Virus record (IMG/VR): IMGVR_UViG_2778261167_000006
Coordinates: 1 to 14,302 of that record
DNA from: a virus
Taxonomy: Duplodnaviria > Heunggongvirae > Uroviricota > Caudoviricetes
Strand: one strand, 5' to 3'
Length of the DNA: 14,302 nt
Shown here: in pieces, positions 8,068 to 14,302 of the stretch
Numbering within the stretch: position 1 is the stretch's first letter
Layout: each line of letters starts with the position of its first letter
Program-made: the position numbers and the translations under genes
The notes under the pieces: generated by a model
What the model was told of the DNA's origin: nothing
The model's input: only the letters and a program-made list of their open reading frames with translations
The model's database searches: none

Positions 8068-8099
8068 CTAACCAGGATAGAAAGGGGAGGAAAATCGCA

Positions 8100-8792
8100 A
8101 TGACATTTTCAGAACGACTTGATTTAGCTATGCGCAACGCAAAATTTACGCAAGGTAGGCTGGCCAAAGAAGTGGGTATGGCTCAGTCCAGTGTTAATCA
8201 ACTACTTAATAAAGCCAACGGTTCCAGAAAAACAGTCGAAATAGCAAAAGTTTTGGGCGTTAACCCGGAATGGCTCGCATCGGGTGTTGGCCCAATGGAA
8301 ATCGTGACCTCTGCAGACTCACACCAAATACGTAACATTTCTGAAGATTGGGTTACTGATTCGTATGTCGTGGATGTTTTAGACATCAGATATAGTTGCG
8401 GACCTGGTAGTTATAACTCTGATTTTCCTGACATTGTCAGATCTATAGCGATAGAACCAGGATACGCATCAAGAGTTTTTGGCGGCAGACCAGCATCAGC
8501 AATCAAAGCAATAAACGCCCACGGCGACAGTATGAAAGGCACAATAGACCCTGAAGACTTGGTATTTGTAGATGTATCAGTTCGCACATTTAATGGTGAT
8601 GGTATATACGCCTTTACATACTCTGGAACATCGCACATCAAAAGACTTCAAAAAATCAAAGATACTCTAACGGTGATATCTGACAACCCAGCTTACAAGG
8701 ATTGGGCTATCGAACCGGAAGACTTCGAACAACTTCACATTGACGGAAAAGTAATTGTCAGTTGGCCCATGACACTACACCGTTTTGCATAA
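8100..8792 (+). CDS. CI-like repressor: N-terminal XRE-type HTH plus C-terminal S24 (LexA-like) autopeptidase domain
   Basis: 230-aa ORF. HTH segment QGRLAKEVGMAQSSVNQL; C-terminal GDSM (Ser nucleophile) and downstream HIKRL (Lys). AGGGGAGG RBS before the ATG. Confidence 0.9.
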   Translation: MTFSERLDLAMRNAKFTQGRLAKEVGMAQSSVNQLLNKANGSRKTVEIAKVLGVNPEWLASGVGPMEIVTSADSHQIRNISEDWVTDSYVVDVLDIRYSCGPGSYNSDFPDIVRSIAIEPGYASRVFGGRPASAIKAINAHGDSMKGTIDPEDLVFVDVSVRTFNGDGIYAFTYSGTSHIKRLQKIKDTLTVISDNPAYKDWAIEPEDFEQLHIDGKVIVSWPMTLHRFA

Positions 8793-8810
8793 GCAAAAAT
8801 CATTTAACCC

Positions 8811-8837
8811 GCCCACTCTTAAGTGGGCTTTTTTTTT
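8811..8837 (+). terminator. Rho-independent terminator after the repressor gene
   Basis: GCCCACT ctta AGTGGGC (7-bp stem) followed by T9. Confidence 0.8.
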
Positions 8838-8859
8838 GGAAAAAAAATCGATAAACCGA

Positions 8860-8888
8860 TTGACAGGTAAAATCGGCGAACCTATTAT
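8860..8888 (+). promoter_or_regulatory. Near-consensus sigma-70 promoter (PL-like or lysogenic-conversion promoter)
   Basis: TTGACA (8860-8865), 17-bp spacer, TATTAT (8883-8888). Inverted repeat ACCTAT (8880-8885) / ATAGGT (8895-8900) overlaps the -10 and the predicted start site. Confidence 0.6.
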
Positions 8889-8937
8889 CATGACATAGGT
8901 ATCGAACTCACCAAAGCAATTATAGAGGATGAGAAAA

Positions 8938-9348
8938 ATGTCATCGTATATGGGGTTACCAACAAATCAGCACGATGCTCTTGAGAATATTCAGCTCTTA
9001 GTAGGGGCTGGTGCACTACTGTATAGCAGCAATAACCCTGAGTTAATTGAACTTGCCAGCTCCATCCTGGCTGTAACTCAAAAATATAGCCTCACCGCGT
9101 CACGTTTATGCAAACAAAATTTAGCTATTAATTCCCAGAATCGGATTCGCACCCAACGCGAAGCCTGCGGCTTAACAACCGCCGAACTCGCCAGGCTGCT
9201 CGATCTCGATGAAGAAATCATCATCCAGTGGGAGAGCGGAGAGTATGAACCAACTATCAGTATGCTTATCCCGCTGGCAAATGTTCTTGGTTGCGACCCG
9301 ATGTGGCTGTTAACCAGTAAACCAACAGCTGGGGATACTTGCGCATGA
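8938..9348 (+). CDS. Two-domain protein (136 aa): unknown N-terminal domain plus C-terminal XRE-family HTH
   Basis: AGAGGA 8 nt upstream of ATG 8938 (the ORF track starts at ATG 8929, which has no spacer). C-terminal HTH segment LTTAELARLLDLDEEIIIQWESGEYEPTISMLIPLANVLGCDPMWLL. Confidence 0.7.
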   Translation: MSSYMGLPTNQHDALENIQLLVGAGALLYSSNNPELIELASSILAVTQKYSLTASRLCKQNLAINSQNRIRTQREACGLTTAELARLLDLDEEIIIQWESGEYEPTISMLIPLANVLGCDPMWLLTSKPTAGDTCA

Positions 9349-9710
9349 AAAAGTTCGAAAACATAACTGTTCTCCATGTTGATGAATTTGATTATACAAA
9401 CCAGGAATTTCTCCCGGAGGTTATAAAAGCAATAGAAGTTGCCGATATAGTGTTTAGAGGAAAGAGAATTGTCAAAAACAGGCTCGCATGCACTTCAGGA
9501 GCAATGACAGAAACAACCTCACAACAAGATGATTATGAAGGCATTTGTCTGGAGCCTGATTCATTTGCGGTAAATGTTTATCATTTATTGCATGCAACAC
9601 AGGTATTACATATGTCCAGTAATCACGAGACAAAAACACTTGGCAGCGAAATTCTGAATTTTGCATGTGAATATGCAAAAGCTGCTGCCGAAAAAGAATT
9701 AGCACAATAA
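9345..9710 (+). CDS. Hypothetical protein (121 aa), translationally coupled to the upstream HTH gene
   Basis: ATG 9345-9347 overlaps the upstream stop TGA 9346-9348 (ATGA). AT-rich, about 33% GC in a sampled line. No recognisable motif. Confidence 0.65.
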   Translation: MKKFENITVLHVDEFDYTNQEFLPEVIKAIEVADIVFRGKRIVKNRLACTSGAMTETTSQQDDYEGICLEPDSFAVNVYHLLHATQVLHMSSNHETKTLGSEILNFACEYAKAAAEKELAQ

Positions 9711-9908
9711 CAACAAACATGCCCTGAACGTTTATTACGGTTTTATCGCCGGGGATTGTTACAACCTTTATTCATAGAGGGAAATCAGTTATGACTTTCC
9801 TGAAAAATAAGGCATCGTATAAAACTGCCTGCCTCATTGCACAACATGGAGATTCTTATCTTCATATAGCCAACCTGTATTTGCGCAAAGCATATGGGAG
9901 ATAAGTCA

Positions 9909-10097
9909 ATGGAAGAAAAACAACAAAACATAACACATAAAAAAGTAAGAGTGTTGCTAACCATTGAAAATGGTGAAGTAATTTACTCAAAACATCTGTT
10001 GGATAATGAATTCGTTGGCTGCATGGATACATTTCTGTGGATGGCAAAAAGAGCGGGTTACACGATTATTCCACCAGCAAAGGAGCAAACATTATGA
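9909..10097 (+). CDS. Hypothetical small protein (62 aa), first gene of a coupled pair
   Basis: GGGAG 8 nt upstream of ATG 9909; stop TGA 10095-10097 overlaps the next start ATG 10094-10096. AT-rich, about 27% GC in a sampled line. Confidence 0.5.
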   Translation: MEEKQQNITHKKVRVLLTIENGEVIYSKHLLDNEFVGCMDTFLWMAKRAGYTIIPPAKEQTL

Positions 10098-10675
10098 ATC
10101 ATTCAGAGTTCCGACCAGAAGTTACGCCACATGGCATAAAAATTGGCAATACAACCATTGATTATGTTGAGGCCGTACAGCGGCTTAATGATGGTGAATA
10201 CGATTATCCAAACTCACACGGTTTAAGAATCATGCAATGTATTGCTGAAGCCGATGATGCAGGGTTGCTGGGACGATTCTCAGTCGATATGAAGGTTGCT
10301 CAGTGGCGATGGCTGTATGTGACTACGTTTATAAATGAAGAGAAAGACAAGAACGGTACCGTTGATATCCCTAACGATAACGGAACTACAGATCACGCAG
10401 TTATTTACAAGGGTAAACATGGTTGCCTGAGTATCTACCCCGGACCACTTCGTATTGCCCTGCAAAACCACGTCGAATGGGGATTTATTGAAAAATATGG
10501 CGAAGCTGAAGGTATGGGGCGAGTTCTGTTTCTCTATCAAAAAATGCTCATCGCAGATCCTGATAATGGTTTCATTATTTCTGCTATGGGGCGCGAAGAG
10601 CTTGAACTCCTTCTGGATGAAATGATGAACGATCTGAATACTCATGGTATGCCAGAAGCGCCAGTGACACATTAA
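10094..10675 (+). CDS. Hypothetical protein (193 aa), second gene of a coupled pair
   Basis: AGGAG 8 nt upstream of ATG 10094; ATGA overlap with the upstream small ORF. The track ORF starting at 10037 lacks an RBS. Confidence 0.65.
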   Translation: MNHSEFRPEVTPHGIKIGNTTIDYVEAVQRLNDGEYDYPNSHGLRIMQCIAEADDAGLLGRFSVDMKVAQWRWLYVTTFINEEKDKNGTVDIPNDNGTTDHAVIYKGKHGCLSIYPGPLRIALQNHVEWGFIEKYGEAEGMGRVLFLYQKMLIADPDNGFIISAMGREELELLLDEMMNDLNTHGMPEAPVTH

Positions 10676-10720
10676 ATATTAAGAAGAATATAATTCTTCC
10701 ATCGTTTACTAACCGTTTAT

Positions 10721-10828
10721 ATGAAAAACAACCGTGAATTAAACAGAGTAAAACTGATTTTAATCCTTGCCACAGTACTGACACTAACTGAAATCATTAT
10801 TCTCTTTATTGCGCTGTCAGTCGGTTAA
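10721..10828 (+). CDS. Possible small hydrophobic peptide (35 aa, single predicted transmembrane segment)
   Basis: ATG...TAA ORF translating to MKNNRELNRVKLILILATVLTLTEIIILFIALSVG. No clear Shine-Dalgarno; below the size cut-off of the ORF track. Confidence 0.25.
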   Translation: MKNNRELNRVKLILILATVLTLTEIIILFIALSVG

Positions 10829-10851
10829 AAATATCGGGATACCACAGACCA

Positions 10852-11040
10852 ATGAGACTGTATTTCACAATAGTAATTTTACTGGCAATTATCGCATGCA
10901 TTTACGGATTACTCGTTCCGTTCCTTATATCCATGAAGGATACGATAGCCGTTACTTCTGGCTTTGCACTGGCGTTTCTGACCCCGCCCTGCATTTATGC
11001 CATTTACAAGGGTCTTTCTTTCACTAAGGATAAAAGATGA
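10852..11040 (+). CDS. Small membrane protein (62 aa, two predicted hydrophobic helices)
   Basis: Hydrophobic stretches IVILLAIIACIYGLLVPFLI and GFALAFLTPPCIYAIY. Stop TGA 11038-11040 overlaps the start of the SPFH gene (ATGA). Weak RBS. Confidence 0.5.
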   Translation: MRLYFTIVILLAIIACIYGLLVPFLISMKDTIAVTSGFALAFLTPPCIYAIYKGLSFTKDKR

Positions 11041-11864
11041 AAAAAATTATTTTTGCTTTAGCCATTGTTCTGCCGACTATTGGCCTTGTCGGTTGCGATC
11101 GCGTTGAACCAGGTAATGTTGGCATCAAGGTAAATAAACTGGGCGACGACAAAGGCGTCGGTGAGGTGGTCGGTGTTGGTCGCTACTGGACTGGCTGGAA
11201 TACTGAAGTTTACATCTTCCCCACCTTCAAGCAAATGAAGACCTACGATGAACCGTTCAGTTTCCAGATGAGTGACGGTACAACCATCGGCTATCACATT
11301 GGCGTGGCCTACAAAGTTGATCCATCCAAAGTTACCACGGTGTTTCAGACCTACCGCAAAGGCGTGGATGACATTACAGACACCGACCTGCGCCAGAAGA
11401 TCGCCGACGCACTCAACCGACTGGCCAGCAAAATGACCACCGACAAATTTATCGACGGCGGCAAGTCTGAGCTACTGGATGAAGCTCTTAAAGACATTCA
11501 GGCAGAGATGACACCCATCGGTATTCAGGTAATGAGCCTCTCATATGTGGGTAAGCCGGAGTACCCGCCTACTGTTATCGACAGCATTAATGCCAAAGTC
11601 ACGGCGAACCAGAAAACACTGCAGCGCGAGCAGGAAGTTAAACAGCGCGAAGCGGAAGCCAACATGTTGCGCGCGGAAGCTGCCGGACAGGCTGATGCTA
11701 TTCGCACAAAAGCCCAGGCTGAAGCCGACGCCATTCGTTTACGCGGTGAAGCTCTGCGCCAGAACCCCGGTGTTATGGAGCTGGAAGCCATCAATAAATG
11801 GAACGGCACACTGCCGCAATACATGACCAGCGGTGCTAATACACCATTTATCCAGGTTAAATAA
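11037..11864 (+). CDS. SPFH/band-7 (stomatin/prohibitin/HflKC-like) domain lipoprotein
   Basis: N-terminal lipoprotein signal MKKIIFALAIVLPTIGLVGC (lipobox LVGC). Central region typical of SPFH proteins; C-terminal Ala/Gln/Glu/Arg-rich coiled-coil-like segment. AAGGA 6 nt upstream of the ATG. Confidence 0.75.
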   Translation: MKKIIFALAIVLPTIGLVGCDRVEPGNVGIKVNKLGDDKGVGEVVGVGRYWTGWNTEVYIFPTFKQMKTYDEPFSFQMSDGTTIGYHIGVAYKVDPSKVTTVFQTYRKGVDDITDTDLRQKIADALNRLASKMTTDKFIDGGKSELLDEALKDIQAEMTPIGIQVMSLSYVGKPEYPPTVIDSINAKVTANQKTLQREQEVKQREAEANMLRAEAAGQADAIRTKAQAEADAIRLRGEALRQNPGVMELEAINKWNGTLPQYMTSGANTPFIQVK

Positions 11865-11871
11865 CTTATAT

Positions 11872-11890
11872 GCCCGGCAGGCCGCCGGGC
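11872..11890 (+). other. GC-rich stem-loop immediately after the SPFH gene (no U-tract)
   Basis: GCCCGGC aggcc GCCGGGC, a 7-bp stem, followed by taaggg rather than a T-run. Confidence 0.4.
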
Positions 11891-11904
11891 TAAGGGAAAT
11901 GCAG

Positions 11905-12264
11905 ATGAACACCCAGAATACTCAACCGCAAATAATGAACTATGACCCAAATCTGACGTCATGCGGACGCATGGCAAAACAAACCGTTCGATTAACTTTC
12001 GGACTATGGGAATACCGCGAAACATTCGAAGTCACTGTCGGCGGCAATCTGACCGGACTGGATGTTATCAGTTGCGCTATTGAAAGCCTGTACGCAACGC
12101 TGCCTTATGAAGAAGTCGAGGATGAGCGCGATATCATAGCCACCATTAATATCGGCGGACTGGAATGCAAGGATGAAAACCTGTCCGGAGAGCTCTGGCT
12201 TGCCGGGATGCTTATCTCAGCAGAAATCATCAGCATTGAACCCGCTACAAACATACGACTCTGA
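11905..12264 (+). CDS. Hypothetical protein (119 aa)
   Basis: AAGGGA 7 nt upstream of ATG 11905; the track ORF's earlier Mets lack RBS spacing. No recognisable motif. Confidence 0.55.
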   Translation: MNTQNTQPQIMNYDPNLTSCGRMAKQTVRLTFGLWEYRETFEVTVGGNLTGLDVISCAIESLYATLPYEEVEDERDIIATINIGGLECKDENLSGELWLAGMLISAEIISIEPATNIRL

Positions 12265-12295
12265 AGTTCTCACTATTCAGAGAGCAGGAGAAAAA

Positions 12296-12538
12296 ATGTT
12301 CGCTTTGATTAATCAGGGACAACTGTATACCGACAGTGCCGGTTACCCGGTAAGAATTATTCGCTGCATAAATAACACCGTGTTGTACAGAAGAATGGAT
12401 GGGCGAACACAGTCGGTAAAAATAAACGATTTTAATGAAACGTTTGAACGGCTCGATCATCAGGAATACCTACAAATTCTGGCAGAAACAGAGCAGGAAA
12501 CTCATCTGAAGAAATTACGAGCCATGCAAAGGAAGTAA
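12296..12538 (+). CDS. Hypothetical small protein (80 aa)
   Basis: AGGAG 5 nt upstream of ATG 12296, an internal Met of track ORF 12173..12538. Confidence 0.55.
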   Translation: MFALINQGQLYTDSAGYPVRIIRCINNTVLYRRMDGRTQSVKINDFNETFERLDHQEYLQILAETEQETHLKKLRAMQRK

Positions 12539-12541
12539 AAA

Positions 12542-12688
12542 ATGAATAAAGCGTTTGAGCTATGGGTACGCCAGCGTTACGGCAATCGCTATGACCTGAC
12601 GCGAGATGTTGACGGTTTCTACTGCCGTGAAATTGTAAAACGAATGTTTGAAGTGTGGTGCCACTGCCGTGGGCTGAGTGTTGTGTGA
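12542..12688 (+). CDS. Possible small protein (48 aa)
   Basis: ATG 12542 follows AGGAAG about 8 nt upstream and runs to TGA 12686-12688; translation MNKAFELWVRQRYGNRYDLTRDVDGFYCREIVKRMFEVWCHCRGLSVV. Below the ORF-track size cut-off. Confidence 0.35.
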   Translation: MNKAFELWVRQRYGNRYDLTRDVDGFYCREIVKRMFEVWCHCRGLSVV

Positions 12689-12696
12689 GGTAATGC

Positions 12697-12933
12697 ATGG
12701 GCAATGTGATTCAACTGGCTCCCAATGAATGGGTTTGTGAAAGCGTTCTTATCGCAATTACCGGGCTCAAACCAGGCACAATTCTCCGGGCCCGGAAAGA
12801 ATGCTGGATGGTAGGAAGAGAGTATATTCACGTATCGCCTGACGGTAATCCAAAACCTTCCAGCGAGTGTATGTATAACAGAAAAGCAATCGATGCCTGG
12901 GTCGCTTCAATGAAAAACAAACAACCTGGGTGA
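12697..12933 (+). CDS. xis: Excisionase-like small DNA-binding protein (recombination directionality factor)
   Basis: 78-aa ORF immediately upstream of the integrase on the same strand. WVCESVLIAITGLKPGTILRARKECWMVGREYIHV matches, from memory, the prophage excisionase-like family seen upstream of e14/Rac-type integrases. Confidence 0.7.
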   Translation: MGNVIQLAPNEWVCESVLIAITGLKPGTILRARKECWMVGREYIHVSPDGNPKPSSECMYNRKAIDAWVASMKNKQPG

Positions 12934-12988
12934 TTTAATACCATGAAATATGTAAGCTCGTATCGCTCTTGGGCGTCTGGAGGTATCG

Positions 12989-14302
12989 ATGGATAAAGTC
13001 AAATATCCAACAGGCGTCGAAAACCACGGTGGCACATTACGCATCTGGTTTAATTTTAAAGGTAAACGTGTCAGGGAAAATCTTGGTGTCCCTGACACTG
13101 CCAAGAACAGGAAGATCGCCGGAGAGCTGCGGACATCTGTATGTTTTGCCATTCGTACAGGAAACTTTGATTACGCTGCGCAGTTCCCTGACTCTCCTAA
13201 CCTCAAGGCTTTTGGAGTAAATAAAAAAGAAATTACGGTGAAAGAGCTTGAAGAAAAGTGGCTGGATCTGAAACGCATGGAAATCTCTGCAAATGCATTC
13301 AATCGCTATGAGTCCGTTGCAAGAACAATGATTCCGAAAATTGGAGGTAGCAGACTGGTGTCAACGGTGACCAAAGAGGAATTGCTGTATATCAGGAAAG
13401 ATTTGCTGACCGGATATCATAATTCAACGAAAGACAAAGCACCAGCAAGAGGACGGAGTGTCGTTACTGTAAATTATTATATGACGACAATCGCTGGAAT
13501 GTTTCAGTTTGCTGCAGATCACGGTTACTTAGAAGCAAATCCCTTCGAGGGAATTAAGCCTCTTAAAAGAGCCAGGGCAGAGCCAGATCCGCTAACTCGT
13601 GACGAATTTATTCGCCTGATAGATGCTTGCCGGCATCAGCAGACAAAAAACCTGTGGTCATTGGCTGTGTACACAGGAATGCGTCATGGTGAACTGGTCT
13701 CCCTGGCCTGGGAAGATATCGATCTGAAAGCAGGAACAATTACTATCAGGCGCAATTATACGAAACTCGGTGAGTTCACTCTACCTAAAACTGAAGCAAG
13801 TACAAACAGGGTTGTGCATCTTATCCAGCCCGCTATCAGTGTCCTGAAAAATCAGGCTGAAATGACAAGACTGGGTAAGCAGCACCACATCAAGGTTCAA
13901 CTACGTGAATATGGACGTTCAGTGAATCATGAATGTACTTTCGTATTTAACCCCCAGGTGGTTAGAAAAAGCAAACAGGTAGGTTTTATCTACAAGGTAG
14001 ATTCCATTGGCGACTCATGGGAAACAGCCATTAAGCGTGCAGGCATCAGGCATCGAAAGGCATACCAGTCACGACACACTTATGCGTGCTGGTCATTATC
14101 TGCCGGAGCAAATCCAAGCTTCATTGCCAGCCAGATGGGCCATGCAAGTGCCCAGATGGTGTTCAATGTATACGGAGCCTGGATGACTGACAGCAATGCA
14201 GAACAGATCGCAATGCTGAATCAGAAGCTGGCAGATTATGTCCCAATGATGTCCCATGGTCACCAAAGTGACACAAGAGACTTATTAAAATCAGTAGGTT
14301 AG
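12989..14302 (+). CDS. int: Tyrosine recombinase / phage integrase
   Basis: 437-aa ORF with an N-terminal arm-binding-type region (YPTGVE...GTLRIWFNFKGKRVRE) and a C-terminal catalytic region with conserved Arg (MRHGELV), His/Arg (SRHTYA) and a Tyr near the C-terminus (VYGAWM). GGAGG 5 nt upstream of the ATG. Confidence 0.9.
   Translation: MDKVKYPTGVENHGGTLRIWFNFKGKRVRENLGVPDTAKNRKIAGELRTSVCFAIRTGNFDYAAQFPDSPNLKAFGVNKKEITVKELEEKWLDLKRMEISANAFNRYESVARTMIPKIGGSRLVSTVTKEELLYIRKDLLTGYHNSTKDKAPARGRSVVTVNYYMTTIAGMFQFAADHGYLEANPFEGIKPLKRARAEPDPLTRDEFIRLIDACRHQQTKNLWSLAVYTGMRHGELVSLAWEDIDLKAGTITIRRNYTKLGEFTLPKTEASTNRVVHLIQPAISVLKNQAEMTRLGKQHHIKVQLREYGRSVNHECTFVFNPQVVRKSKQVGFIYKVDSIGDSWETAIKRAGIRHRKAYQSRHTYACWSLSAGANPSFIASQMGHASAQMVFNVYGAWMTDSNAEQIAMLNQKLADYVPMMSHGHQSDTRDLLKSVG

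Larger units (their letters stand above)
1..14302. mobile_element. Partial lambdoid-type prophage or phage-like integrative element (integration, immunity and replication modules); boundaries outside window
   Basis: Gene content and order: tyrosine integrase and excisionase-like gene at the right edge, divergent CI-like/Cro-like pair, helicase-primase operon, DNA methyltransferase. No att site or structural genes visible. Confidence 0.7.

Noticed and set aside
8811-8837. lambda-type nut site (boxA/boxB) near the repressor terminator
   Set aside because: The hairpin is followed by T9 and looks like a plain intrinsic terminator; I found no boxA-like CGCTCTTA sequence, and no N-like arginine-rich protein is encoded downstream.
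11525-12025. 166-aa minus-strand ORF overlapping the SPFH gene and the following gene
   Set aside because: Antisense to two plus-strand genes with good RBS and coupling; produced by the GC-rich coiled-coil coding segment.
12934-14302. Attachment site or tRNA gene next to the integrase
   Set aside because: The window ends at the integrase stop codon; no tRNA-like cloverleaf or core repeat can be identified within the window.

Overview
This window reads as the lysogeny-control and replication half of a lambdoid-type prophage or phage-like integrative element from an enterobacterial host. All calls rest on reading the supplied ORF translations and the raw sequence by eye; no searches were run. 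The integration end (excisionase-like gene, then a tyrosine integrase ending at 14302) sits at the right edge; attachment sites and any structural or lysis genes lie outside the window. A divergent immunity switch (CI-like HTH/S24-peptidase repressor on +, Cro-like HTH on -) sits at 7.7-8.8 kb. Leftward of it runs a tightly coupled minus-strand operon: SF2 DEAH-box helicase, TOPRIM primase, a 285-aa unknown and a 276-aa protein with four CxxCxGxG zinc-finger repeats. Further left are an AT-rich lone gene on the opposite strand, a small winged-helix gene bracketed by terminators, and a DPPY-motif DNA methyltransferase. Between the repressor and xis-int, where lambda carries rexAB, N, cIII, kil, gam, bet and exo, I recognise none of those. 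Instead there are three consecutive two-gene cassettes joined by ATGA start/stop overlaps, plus small ORFs, several of them AT-rich. The best candidates for an undescribed system are the HTH + 121-aa pair right behind the repressor, the AT-rich 306-aa gene, the 62-aa + 193-aa pair, and the membrane-peptide + SPFH lipoprotein pair. No rRNA, tRNA, CRISPR array or IS element was seen.
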